DNA of 64,000 bases from an uncultured Gammaproteobacteria bacterium (GTDB lineage: Bacteria > Patescibacteriota > Microgenomatia > Levybacterales > GWA1-39-11). The notes beneath the pieces were generated by a model. That model saw only the letters and a program-made list of their open reading frames with translations. It made no database searches and was not told where the DNA came from. Positions 16,063 through 26,030 of this stretch are shown one piece after another (within the stretch, counting starts at the first letter, position 1; each line of letters begins with the position of its first letter). The stretch lies in the NCBI GenBank assembly GCA_964409875.1, contig CAYPEN010000003.1:557-64556 (forward strand), given 5' to 3'. Both the position numbers and the translations under genes were made by a program.

Positions 16063-18882
16063 ATGTTAAAACCGGTTAAACAACATATTTCGTTTTCGGA
16101 AATGGAAGACGAGGTGTCAAAATATTGGAAAGAGCATAATATTTTTGAAAAGTCCGTATCAAGCCGTTCTGATGACAAAAAATGGACTTTTTTGGATGGA
16201 CCTCCATTTGTAACTGGTAAGCCACATTATGGTTCCCTTCTTTCATCATTACCTAAAGATCTATTCGGAAGATATTGGACAATGAAAGGCTACCGCGTGC
16301 GGCGCGTATGGGGATGGGATGGACACGGACTGCCTATAGAGAACAAAGTTGAAGGCAAGCTTCGCATAAAAAGAAAAAGGGATATTGAGGAAAAGGTCGG
16401 GGTAGGGAAATTTATTGAGGAATGTAAGGCGTATGTAGACGAGGTGTCAAGCGAATGGGAATGGTACATTGACAAGATTGGAAGGTGGGTAGATTTTAAA
16501 AATGCGTATAAAACATGGGACATTTCGTACATGGAATCGGTAATGTGGGTATTTCACAATCTGTATAAAGGAGGGCATATCTATAAAGGTCTTCGGGTTT
16601 CATTATATTGTCCACACTGTTCAACTCCGATTTCAAATTTTGAAGTTGCAATGGACGCTGATAATTATAAAGAGATTAAAGACGCAGCTACTACCTATAA
16701 ATATCAATTGGAAGAAGAAAAAAACACGTATATTCTTGCATGGTCAACAACTCCCTGGAATAAAATAGTAACTCCTGCCTTAGCGGTCAATCCTACATTT
16801 ACGTATGTAAAGGTAAAACAGGGCAATGAATATTATATTCTTGCCAAAACAACCGTAAAAATGCTGAAAAGCGATCCTTCTTATGAGGTTGTCGAAGAAT
16901 TTGCCGGAAGCACCCTTCTTGGTAAAAAGTTTGTTCCACATTATGATTACTATGCGAATGACGTCAAGGAAGGGGAGCGGGCATTCGAGATTATCGGAGA
17001 CGACTTTGTTACGGCAGATGAAGGGACTGGAGTTGTTACCATTGCAGTATATGGAGAGGAAGACCTTCATGCAATGCAGGAAAACGATGTTCATATCGAG
17101 CAACACGTCGATGAAGAGGGGATGATAAAGTCTGATGTTCCTTTATTTGGCGGTATGTACTATCTGGATGCAAATGAAGCGGTAAATAATGATCTTTCGT
17201 CGAGGGGTCTTGTTTATGAGGACAAACCGCTGCCCCACAAAGTGCCTCACTGCTGGAGATGCGGAACGAGACTCTATTATTCGCCTCAAAACGCCTGGTA
17301 CGTCAACGTGCAGAGTATGAAAGAAAAATTGAAAAAAACCAACGAAACGGTTAACTGGTTCCCTAAGCACTTCAAGACCGGCCGGTTTCTTAAGAGCCTT
17401 GAAAGTGCACCTGACTGGAATATCTCGCGTTCACGGTATTGGGGTAGCCCTGTGCCAGTTTGGGAATGTAATTGTGGCGAAAGGTTTGTGCCTGAATCGA
17501 TCAAAGAATTAGAACAGATGTCAGGAAAAAAAATTACAGATTTACACAAGCCTTTCATAGACGAAGTGACAATAAAGTGTAAAAAATGTGAACAAAATGT
17601 AAATCGAGTACCAGAAGTACTCGATAGCTGGATTGAGGCTGGCAGTGCTTCATTTGCTGAGAGGCATTTTCCTTTTGAAGACACTGAGAAACTTCAGGAT
17701 TTCTTCCCACCTGACTTTATTGCCGAGTACACCGGGCAGATTCGAGCGTGGTTTTACGTACTACATGTGATAGGGACGGCATTATATGACTCACCTGCTT
17801 TTAAGAATGTGCTCGTGGAAGGTGTAATTTTAGGTACGGATGGGCGCAAAATGAGCAAGAACTACGGTAATTTTCCCGACCCCAAAAAGCTTATCGAGGC
17901 GTATGGAGGAGACGCTTTAAGAATGTATCTATTAGGTTCACCGGTCATGAATGGAGAAGATATACGAATTTCTGAAATAGATTACCGAGATCAGGTGAGA
18001 GGAACCCTTCTTATCCTTTGGAACGTATATAACTTCTTTGTGACATACGCGCTTTCAGACAATTGGGTTCCGGCAGATAATCCTCAAACCGAGAGAAAAA
18101 ATCCTCTCGATAGATGGATACTTTCACGTCTCAATGGACTAATTGGCGAAATGACCACCCAACTTGACAATTACAGTACGGTTAGTGCAATAAGCGGATA
18201 TAAAAGATTTGTGAACGAGCTCTCCACCTGGTACATAAGACGCTCGCGCGACAGGGTTGGACCGAGCGTGAATAATAAAAATGACAAGAAAGATTTTTAT
18301 GCAACATGCAATGAAGTTCTTATAGCACTGTCAAAGCTTGCTGCTCCGATTACTCCCTTTATCTCGGAAGAAATATTTAGAAATCTGACCGGAAAAGAAT
18401 CAGTCCATCTTGAGTATTGGCCTCAAATGAATATGTCACTGGTTGACCTTCCTCTTGAGGAGGAGATGGGGTATGCCCAAGAATTAGCCTCTTCAATTAA
18501 TTCTATAAGAAAACAGGAAGGGATAAAGGTTAAGATACCTTTCAAGAAGTTGGCATATGAAGGAGTTAAAGACCTCTCACCCGAAATATCTGAAATTGTG
18601 AAGGCTGAAGGAAATGTATATGAACTTGAATTTGCGGGCAAAAAAGATGAGTACGCAATACCTTCAATTGGAGGAGAAGAAAATTTAGACAAAAATGCTG
18701 GAGAGGCGAGGGATATTATCCGTTCCATACAGCAAAAGAGGAAAGAAATGGGCACTTCACTCACTCAGAAAGTAACCGTAAGCCTCCCTTTTTGGCCTGA
18801 AGAATTTGAGGAAGAGATAAAGAAAAAAGCGTTGGTAGAAAAGCTCGTAAAATCCGAGGAATTTAAGGTAGAAATCGAATAA
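16063..18882 (+). CDS. ileS: Isoleucine--tRNA ligase (type 2-like)
   Basis: DGPPF, HYGS (HIGH), GWDGHGLP, WSTTPW, DWNISRSRYWG, KMSKN. Confidence 0.95.
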   Translation: MLKPVKQHISFSEMEDEVSKYWKEHNIFEKSVSSRSDDKKWTFLDGPPFVTGKPHYGSLLSSLPKDLFGRYWTMKGYRVRRVWGWDGHGLPIENKVEGKLRIKRKRDIEEKVGVGKFIEECKAYVDEVSSEWEWYIDKIGRWVDFKNAYKTWDISYMESVMWVFHNLYKGGHIYKGLRVSLYCPHCSTPISNFEVAMDADNYKEIKDAATTYKYQLEEEKNTYILAWSTTPWNKIVTPALAVNPTFTYVKVKQGNEYYILAKTTVKMLKSDPSYEVVEEFAGSTLLGKKFVPHYDYYANDVKEGERAFEIIGDDFVTADEGTGVVTIAVYGEEDLHAMQENDVHIEQHVDEEGMIKSDVPLFGGMYYLDANEAVNNDLSSRGLVYEDKPLPHKVPHCWRCGTRLYYSPQNAWYVNVQSMKEKLKKTNETVNWFPKHFKTGRFLKSLESAPDWNISRSRYWGSPVPVWECNCGERFVPESIKELEQMSGKKITDLHKPFIDEVTIKCKKCEQNVNRVPEVLDSWIEAGSASFAERHFPFEDTEKLQDFFPPDFIAEYTGQIRAWFYVLHVIGTALYDSPAFKNVLVEGVILGTDGRKMSKNYGNFPDPKKLIEAYGGDALRMYLLGSPVMNGEDIRISEIDYRDQVRGTLLILWNVYNFFVTYALSDNWVPADNPQTERKNPLDRWILSRLNGLIGEMTTQLDNYSTVSAISGYKRFVNELSTWYIRRSRDRVGPSVNNKNDKKDFYATCNEVLIALSKLAAPITPFISEEIFRNLTGKESVHLEYWPQMNMSLVDLPLEEEMGYAQELASSINSIRKQEGIKVKIPFKKLAYEGVKDLSPEISEIVKAEGNVYELEFAGKKDEYAIPSIGGEENLDKNAGEARDIIRSIQQKRKEMGTSLTQKVTVSLPFWPEEFEEEIKKKALVEKLVKSEEFKVEIE

Positions 18883-19965
18883 ATGAATCGTTTTTCAATA
18901 CAAAGAGTAGATTTTTCGTTACTCATCCCATCCGTACTTTTGGTAGCTTTCAGCCTTGCAACTCTTTTTTCCATTGACGTGATGCTGTTCAGGCAACAAC
19001 TAATATTTCTTGTTATTGGGCTTTTTTTCTATTTTCTCTTCCTCAATATTGATTACAAGTTCTTTACTCTTTATCCAAAAGCTGTATATGTATCGATTAT
19101 TGTAGGGTTTCTTGTTGTTTTATTTTTTGGAACTGTAGTAAATGGATCAAAAAGTTGGCTAGTTTTTTTTGGAATTCATTTACAAGTTGAGGAATTCCTC
19201 AAGCCTTTTTTCATAGTAATGGTGGCAAATTTTCTTTCCCACTCCAAGCTTCCCACTCTCCAAAAATATTTATCTTCATTTGCACTTGCGATTCCTATTT
19301 TTTTTCTTATCTTAAGACAACCGGACACGGGGACTGCCCTTATGTATATCGTAACCTTTGCTGGAATGCTATTTATGTATAGTTTCCCGATATATTACTA
19401 CTTATTGACTCTCGTTATGGTTCTTGCTCCTACTCCTATTATTTTGAATATTTTGAGGCCTTATCAGAAGGAGAGGCTTGTTACGTTATTCAACCTCACC
19501 GCAGACCCATTCGGCTCTTCATACAATGCAATTCAAGCACTTATTTCAATAGGAAGCGGTGGGATATTTGGAAAAGGATTGGGGGAAGGTACCCAGTCAG
19601 TATTACGATTTCTTCCTGAAAGACAGACAGATTTTATCTTTGCGTCAGTATCAGAGGGGTTAGGATTCTTAGGTGGATTAAGCATAATTTGCATTCTGTG
19701 TTTTTTGCTTTACCGCATCTATCGGCTTTCAACTCCTATTGATGATACTTACCCTTACCTCATTATTATGGGTGTATTTTTTCTAATTCTCGTGCAAACA
19801 TTGACAAATATTGGTATGAATATGGGAATGATGCCAATTATCGGCGTTACATTGCCTTTCGTGTCATATGGGGGAAGCTCGTTGGTGACGAACTTTATAT
19901 TGTTGGGTATTGTTTCGTCGGCTGGGTATGAATACAGAAGGAGACGAACACTCGAAATTATTTAA
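18883..19965 (+). CDS. rodA: RodA/FtsW SEDS peptidoglycan polymerase
   Basis: QPDTGT, LRPYQKER, IGSGG..GKG, FLPERQTDFIF, LPFVSYGGSS. Confidence 0.9.
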   Translation: MNRFSIQRVDFSLLIPSVLLVAFSLATLFSIDVMLFRQQLIFLVIGLFFYFLFLNIDYKFFTLYPKAVYVSIIVGFLVVLFFGTVVNGSKSWLVFFGIHLQVEEFLKPFFIVMVANFLSHSKLPTLQKYLSSFALAIPIFFLILRQPDTGTALMYIVTFAGMLFMYSFPIYYYLLTLVMVLAPTPIILNILRPYQKERLVTLFNLTADPFGSSYNAIQALISIGSGGIFGKGLGEGTQSVLRFLPERQTDFIFASVSEGLGFLGGLSIICILCFLLYRIYRLSTPIDDTYPYLIIMGVFFLILVQTLTNIGMNMGMMPIIGVTLPFVSYGGSSLVTNFILLGIVSSAGYEYRRRRTLEII

Positions 19966-20021
19966 CGAGCAAGTGAAAATTATTGAACAACGATAACTTT
20001 TTTGGTACAATACCATTCATT

Positions 20022-20345
20022 ATGAATTTCGCAGTCATTAAAGCCGCTGGAAAGCAGTACAAAGTAACACCAGGTAGCATCTTAGAAGTAGATAAAATCG
20101 AGGGAGAAAAGGGAAAAAACATCTCTTTTGATGAGGTATTGTTACTTGGCGATGATAAAACTACGCTTATTGGTACTCCTTTGGTTAAGAACGCCTCTGT
20201 AACGGCAAAAATTGTTGATCAAATTAAGGGCGACAAAGTAAGAGTTGCAAAATTTAAGGCAAAAGCTCGATTTAGACGCGTTACTGGTTTTCGTTCTCAA
20301 CTTACAAAAATTGAAATTATCGGAATAAAAGGAGGCAAGGAATAA
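20022..20345 (+). CDS. rplU: 50S ribosomal protein L21
   Basis: AVIKAAGKQYKV..GFRSQLT; TTGAAC-17-TACAAT promoter upstream. Confidence 0.97.
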   Translation: MNFAVIKAAGKQYKVTPGSILEVDKIEGEKGKNISFDEVLLLGDDKTTLIGTPLVKNASVTAKIVDQIKGDKVRVAKFKAKARFRRVTGFRSQLTKIEIIGIKGGKE

Positions 20346-20591
20346 ATGGCACATACAAAGTCAGCTGGATCAGTTAAAGGTAATAAGGATTCCATTGCAA
20401 AAAGACTTGGGGTAAAAGTTTTTGGTGGCCAAAAGGTTATCTCAGGTAACGTAATCGTACGACAAAAGGGAACTAAATTTCATCCTGGAATAGGAGTTTC
20501 AATGGGAAAAGATTACACCATTTTTGCTATTTCCGACGGGACTGTCCAGTTTAAAAATGCCCGTGGAAAAAAAGTCGTAGAAGTAGTATAG
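20346..20591 (+). CDS. rpmA: 50S ribosomal protein L27
   Basis: [21 protein letters not shown]. Confidence 0.97.
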   Translation: MAHTKSAGSVKGNKDSIAKRLGVKVFGGQKVISGNVIVRQKGTKFHPGIGVSMGKDYTIFAISDGTVQFKNARGKKVVEVV

Positions 20592-20603
20592 TATTGAACA
20601 AAT

Positions 20604-21428
20604 ATGGACGATTATAAGACAATGTCAATTGTCGAACTGGACCTATCTCTTTTGCAACCTAATCCTCTCCAGCCCCGGGGACTCATTTCACCTGAATCAT
20701 TAACCGATCTTGTAAATTCTATCCGCGAACAAGGAATTCTTGAGCCAATAGTGGTGGCCGAAACTCCGGCAGGATACCAAATCATCGCAGGTGAAAGACG
20801 GTGGAGAGCTGCAAAAATCTTAGGACTTATAAAGGTGCCGGTTGTTGTGAAGCAAACTACTCCGCAGCAGATGCTTGAGATGTCAATTGTGGAGAACGTC
20901 CAACGTGAGGATCTTAATCCTATTGAGCGCGCACAAGCATACAAGAGGCTCATCGACGAATTCAATCTTTCCGTGACAGAAGTTGCAAAAAGGGTAGGAA
21001 AGTCATTACCGTATATTTCAAATACTATCCGATTGTTAACTCTGCCTGATGCAATTAAAGACGCACTTGCCGCAGGTGTCATAACCGAAGGGCACGTTCG
21101 GCCTCTCATTTCAATCGGTGATCCTAAGCTCATGCTTACAGCATTTAAGAAGATTCTTGTTGAAGGGATAAGTGTGCGGGGAGCAGAAGATGTTGCACGT
21201 CAGGTCAAGGCAGAAATTCAGAAAAAAGAGCCTCAAAAAAAGAGCGACAAGATATATATTCCCGAGCAGGATGAAATGGCGCGAACTTTAGGCGAAAAAT
21301 ATGGTTGGAATGTAAAATTCGACCAATCAAGGGCACTTGGTAAAATCATTATTACCATAAAAGGAACCGAGGATAAGACCGGAGAAGAACTGAAAAGAAT
21401 CTATCAGAGGCTTCTTGAAGCTCAATAA
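20604..21428 (+). CDS. parB: ParB/Spo0J partition protein
   Basis: PNPLQPR, IAGERRWRAA, ENVQREDLNPIE, HTH. Confidence 0.95.
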   Translation: MDDYKTMSIVELDLSLLQPNPLQPRGLISPESLTDLVNSIREQGILEPIVVAETPAGYQIIAGERRWRAAKILGLIKVPVVVKQTTPQQMLEMSIVENVQREDLNPIERAQAYKRLIDEFNLSVTEVAKRVGKSLPYISNTIRLLTLPDAIKDALAAGVITEGHVRPLISIGDPKLMLTAFKKILVEGISVRGAEDVARQVKAEIQKKEPQKKSDKIYIPEQDEMARTLGEKYGWNVKFDQSRALGKIIITIKGTEDKTGEELKRIYQRLLEAQ

Positions 21429-21492
21429 CCCCCGGAAAGAACATTGATAGCTTGTCTTAGACCCTCAAAACCACTTAAATTTTACGTTTTTT

Positions 21493-22053
21493 CTATAAAG
21501 AGGCATGTTTGACCACTCTGAGATGATTAAGTGGCCAATAAACGAGAAAAGATCGACCGATAACTGCGCTTTTTGTAACAAATCCCCATTCTCGTGAATC
21601 TGAGCTGAATTCTCTATTGTCCCCCATGACAAAATATTGACCTTCAGGCACAATTACTTCATCGCCCTCGCCTAAGAATGCTCCACCGTTCGTTCGAACG
21701 TCTGAAGAAAGAAACGAGCTTTGGTCAAGCTTGTTCCCGTTAAGATATACTGCGCCCCCAGCAACTTTAACTCTATCTCCAGGTAATCCTATAATTCTTT
21801 TTATATAATCCTTCTCCTTATCTGGTGGTGCTACAAAGACAACGATATCACCTCGCTTAAGTGGTGAAAAGCGTAGTGATATTAAATTTGTAAGAACATA
21901 TTCACCGTTCTGGAAAGTCGGATCCATAGAATGGCCGTTCACTTGATATGGTCTAAAAAGGAATGCATAGATAACGACAAATATTGCGCCAGCAATAACC
22001 AGGGTCTGAATTAAATCAAAAAGCAGATAATAAATTTTTTTAAGAATTTCCAT
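21493..22053 (-). CDS. lepB: Signal peptidase I
   Basis: GHSMDPT, YIKRIIGLPGD, GDNREFSSDSR. Confidence 0.95.
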   Translation of the reverse strand: MEILKKIYYLLFDLIQTLVIAGAIFVVIYAFLFRPYQVNGHSMDPTFQNGEYVLTNLISLRFSPLKRGDIVVFVAPPDKEKDYIKRIIGLPGDRVKVAGGAVYLNGNKLDQSSFLSSDVRTNGGAFLGEGDEVIVPEGQYFVMGDNREFSSDSREWGFVTKSAVIGRSFLVYWPLNHLRVVKHASL

Positions 22054-22239
22054 CCTAGTAATTATCGAACCAAATTCCTTTTATTTCAAGAACATTTTGT
22101 AAATCTAAGCAATCCCTTACAAAAAAATTATCCGGACTTCATCCGGCAGACATCCATTGTGAAGGGAAAACCCTTATTTGTCAATCTAAATGAATTTTTT
22201 CTGCTACAATACAGAAAAATGAGTGAGCTTAATAATGTT

Positions 22240-22266
22240 TTATCACTCTCTTCACCCGAGTGCTAA
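22240..22266. promoter_or_regulatory. CIRCE-like HrcA operator
   Basis: TTATCACTC-N9-GAGTGCTAA, 17/18 match to TTAGCACTC-N9-GAGTGCTAA; extended -10 TGCTACAAT at 22202-22210. Confidence 0.75.
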
Positions 22267-22351
22267 TAAGGGAGCAAATTCATTTCGTCCCGTAAAATCA
22301 ATCTAAAATGAAAAATGACGACTATATAAAAATGATATTATCTATATCAAT

Positions 22352-23374
22352 ATGAATCAGAAGAAGAAAATTTTGTTCCTCACCAGATTATACCATCCGC
22401 ATATAGGTGGTGTCGAGAAGCATGTTGAAGAGCTCTCCTCTCGTCTTATTGAAAAGGGTTATGAAATAGTTATTATAACTGAAAAATTTAATAAAACTCT
22501 GCCGGAAACAGAAGTAATAAATGGTATCACTGTTTATCGTATGAGTATTCCGGCTGAAGGTTTTTTAAAAAAGTTTTTTATATGGAAATGGATGTTGTTG
22601 CATGCCAATATCATTGCAGACCAAGATATACTGCATATACATGACGTATTTTACTGGTATATTCCGTTTCGTTTTCTTTTTCTTTTTAAAAAAACGTATA
22701 TAACGTTCCATGGGTATGAAGGATTTCCCATAAAAAGGAGTTGGAAAATGCAACGCAAATTAGCTGAAAAGTTGACAAATGGTAATATTTGTGTGGGAGA
22801 TTTCATGAAAAAATGGTATAAAACGTGTCCTACCTCAGTCATCTATGGTGGGGTGAGGCTGGAGGCGGAAAAATATAAGGCAAAAACTCATTCAGGGGTA
22901 TTTTTTGGAAGACTGGACGACCAAACTGGAATTAAAGAGTATATACAATCCTATAATTTGATAAAACGAAAATACCCAGATTTTGAAATGACCGTTGTAG
23001 GGGAGGGGAAATTAAAAGAGCGCATACCAAAGGGGATAAAAATTGTAGAATTTAAGAAAGAAATTATTCCTTACATTCAAAAGAACAGAATAATTTTCGT
23101 TTCGAGGTATTTGTCCATGCTCGAAGCACTCGCCTCAAAAAGAGAAGTTGTAGCAGTCTACGATAATCCAGTGAAAAAAGATTACTTGAATCTCTCGCCC
23201 TTCAAGAAATACATACATATTGGAAGTAATTCTACGGAAATTGCCGATATCGTACTAAATCTTCTTGGAAGAAAAATGCCTACAAAAAAGCTTCATGAAG
23301 GCGCGAAATGGGCTCAGAAGCAAACATGGGATAAAGTCCTCTCCGTCTACCTTACTCTATGGGAAATAAAGTGA
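22352..23374 (+). CDS. Glycosyltransferase family 4
   Basis: PHIGGVEKH, TFHG, FFGRL, LEAL. Confidence 0.88.
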   Translation: MNQKKKILFLTRLYHPHIGGVEKHVEELSSRLIEKGYEIVIITEKFNKTLPETEVINGITVYRMSIPAEGFLKKFFIWKWMLLHANIIADQDILHIHDVFYWYIPFRFLFLFKKTYITFHGYEGFPIKRSWKMQRKLAEKLTNGNICVGDFMKKWYKTCPTSVIYGGVRLEAEKYKAKTHSGVFFGRLDDQTGIKEYIQSYNLIKRKYPDFEMTVVGEGKLKERIPKGIKIVEFKKEIIPYIQKNRIIFVSRYLSMLEALASKREVVAVYDNPVKKDYLNLSPFKKYIHIGSNSTEIADIVLNLLGRKMPTKKLHEGAKWAQKQTWDKVLSVYLTLWEIK

Positions 23375-25050
23375 TACATCAGATAAAGAAGAATACCAAC
23401 AACCGCAAGAAGGCTTATCGTATTCCCCATTTTTCGTACAGGTGTATCTTCAAATCGAAGCGAGACTTTGTATACTCCCTGGGGTAGGCTAAATTTGATA
23501 AGTCCGGTTTTGCCTTCGTCCACGCTAAATTGATGCTGTTTTCCATTTACATATAAATTCCAACCGGGAAAATACAATGTGTTCTCCATGAATGAAGAGT
23601 TTCTGATTACCCGAACATCATAATCATGTACTATCGGAGTTCTTGTTGTTGATTTTATTAAGGCTTCGCCTTTTGAGAACATAAGGTGTGAATCCGGTGG
23701 GTTTTCAAACCAAAGATTGGAATTACCTCTCCATTTTGGGACAGCAGCCTGTAGGCCTTCCCCTTCTGCTGTTGCAATGGGTAAATGACGGATAAGGTAC
23801 GTGTCGGTAATATCTGTTATCATGCCCCGTGTTCCCCAATTAAGTATAGTGGTAGCTATTGCGAAAAAGACAATCGGTAACATGAATTTCCTATCCATAT
23901 ATTCCGAAGATATGCCGCCAATAAATGCTAAAAGAAAAGAAATGGGGAGCATAAGTCGATAAGCAAATTGGAAATTGGTCATCAGAGGAATCATTTTCCA
24001 AATAGGAAATGATATTGGGAAGAGCAAAAAAAGAAAAACAAAAAAAAATAAAAGAGAAATTCCGAAAATTTTTTTATGCGGATTTTTGATTTTCGATTTT
24101 AGAAAATAAAGAATAGAAATTGTCAACATGAATAGTTGGACAAAACCCATTGGAAAAGAAATTTGACCGGTAGGTCCTTGAAATAAAAATCCATATCTCC
24201 ACGGAGCAAAAAAATACAATAAAGGATTTTCAAAAGAAATGCTTTTTCCATATTGTGATTGAAGGGAGGAACTTGTTTCAAAAAGTGCGCCCATCCAGTA
24301 AAAAGCGGTGAGGAGAAGTCCTAGAGTTAACGATAAAAAGATTTTAGTTTTGTTTTCAGTTTTAACAAAGAAGGGAAACGCAAATATAAAAGGAGTTGAG
24401 ATAATGGAGATTGCAGGATGGGATAGAAGAAGGGCAGCATAACAAAAAATGCATAGAACAAAATACGATAAGGAGTCTTTTTTTGTGAGCTTTATCACAT
24501 AATAAAACACAAATGGGAGCAATGCATATGCGAATAATTCACCTATCGCTACGCGAAAATGCATGTCGACGAGATGGTATGGTGCAAATAAATACAAAAT
24601 GCTTGAAAATGCGGACGGAAGAGGTTTCAGAAAAGTTCGTGAAAATTTATACATTCCAATCCCCGATAGAATAAAAGTTATGGCGATAATCAATTTCTCT
24701 CCTAGGATAAATGAAAAACCGACAAGTTTTAGGAACGAAAGAAGATAGTAGGGAAGTGGGTAAATAAAGATAAAAAGTGGATATCCGTATGTATAGTTTA
24801 AAACAGAAGCCCAACGAACAGGAAAAATTCCATAATTTAATGAAATCCACATATCTATGGAGCGCTCAATGTGAAGTGCAAAGTCTCCGCTTTGATGAAC
24901 TCCACTACGAAGTAGGGAAGCTAAGGGAAGCAGCGAGGAGAATATTACTAAAAAAAACGGATAGTTTTTCGCTTTTTTTAGTAGATACGACAAAATAATA
25001 AATAGAAAAAAAGCAATAAGGCTTACTGTTACGAGTTTATATGAATCCAT
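23347..25050 (-). CDS. PTPS-related/YfhO-like GT-C membrane protein
   Basis: GDFALH, GYPLFIFIYP, LFAPYH..R.AIGE, QFAYRL, YFPGW. Confidence 0.8.
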   Translation of the reverse strand: MDSYKLVTVSLIAFFLFIILSYLLKKAKNYPFFLVIFSSLLPLASLLRSGVHQSGDFALHIERSIDMWISLNYGIFPVRWASVLNYTYGYPLFIFIYPLPYYLLSFLKLVGFSFILGEKLIIAITFILSGIGMYKFSRTFLKPLPSAFSSILYLFAPYHLVDMHFRVAIGELFAYALLPFVFYYVIKLTKKDSLSYFVLCIFCYAALLLSHPAISIISTPFIFAFPFFVKTENKTKIFLSLTLGLLLTAFYWMGALFETSSSLQSQYGKSISFENPLLYFFAPWRYGFLFQGPTGQISFPMGFVQLFMLTISILYFLKSKIKNPHKKIFGISLLFFFVFLFLLFPISFPIWKMIPLMTNFQFAYRLMLPISFLLAFIGGISSEYMDRKFMLPIVFFAIATTILNWGTRGMITDITDTYLIRHLPIATAEGEGLQAAVPKWRGNSNLWFENPPDSHLMFSKGEALIKSTTRTPIVHDYDVRVIRNSSFMENTLYFPGWNLYVNGKQHQFSVDEGKTGLIKFSLPQGVYKVSLRFEDTPVRKMGNTISLLAVVGILLYLMYHFISHRVR

Positions 25051-25094
25051 TAGTGGTATTATAACCCTTAGAAAAGGGGGTATAATAGCAAAAA

Positions 25095-26030
25095 ATGAAG
25101 AAAGCATTTATTACCACTGTTTTTAATGAAGAAAAAACAATTAAAAAACTTTTAGAGAGTTTGAAAAATCAAAATGAAATTCCTTCTGAAACTATTATTG
25201 TTGATGCATTTTCGGATGATAAAACGGTAAAAATTATCAAAGAGTATCAAGAAGAATATCCCTCATTACATATTGTTCTATTGCAAAAAAAGGGCAACCG
25301 GTCAGAAGGTAGGAATTTAGCGATCAAAAATACAAAGTCAGATATCATTGCGGTAAGCGACAGTGGTTGCGTTTTAAAAAAAGATTGGTTTTACGAAATT
25401 ACAAAACCATTTAATGAAAAAAGTGTCGACGTTGTGGCGGGGTTTTATAAACCGATAACACATTCGGTTTTCGAGAAAAGCCTTTCGACATATACATGTG
25501 TCATGGAGGAAAATGTTACCGATTCCTTTTTGCCTTCGTCCCGTTCTGTAGCATTTAAAAAAATTGTATGGCGGAAAGAAAAAGGCTATCCGGAAGATCT
25601 TGATACATGTGAAGATTTATTTTTTGCGCGAAAACTTAAAAGGAAAGGGTATAAATTTTTTGTAAACAAGAAAGCAGTTGTATATTGGCCGCAAAGAAAA
25701 AATTTATTCCAAGCATTCCATCAATTTTTTTCGTATGCAAAGGGGGATGGTATGGCACTATACGTGAGATGGCAAACTCCGCTTTTATACCTGAGAGTAA
25801 TTGCCAGTGTTATTTTATTTTTAATGTTTCTAAACACTCGAAGTATTGTGGTGCTCTTAATGATAGTCATGCTGTTTTTTTTGTATGTAGTGTGGTCGAT
25901 AATAAAAAATTACCGCTATGTAAAAAATAGGATGGCAATTTTTTACTTACCGTTGTTACAAATAACCTCCGATGTAGCGGTTTTTTTTGGTATGACGTTC
26001 GGTTTTTTTGGTCGGTTATTTCCGTTTTAA
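25095..26030 (+). CDS. Glycosyltransferase family 2
   Basis: TVFNEE, IVDAFSDD, SDSG, CED. Confidence 0.9.
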   Translation: MKKAFITTVFNEEKTIKKLLESLKNQNEIPSETIIVDAFSDDKTVKIIKEYQEEYPSLHIVLLQKKGNRSEGRNLAIKNTKSDIIAVSDSGCVLKKDWFYEITKPFNEKSVDVVAGFYKPITHSVFEKSLSTYTCVMEENVTDSFLPSSRSVAFKKIVWRKEKGYPEDLDTCEDLFFARKLKRKGYKFFVNKKAVVYWPQRKNLFQAFHQFFSYAKGDGMALYVRWQTPLLYLRVIASVILFLMFLNTRSIVVLLMIVMLFFLYVVWSIIKNYRYVKNRMAIFYLPLLQITSDVAVFFGMTFGFFGRLFPF

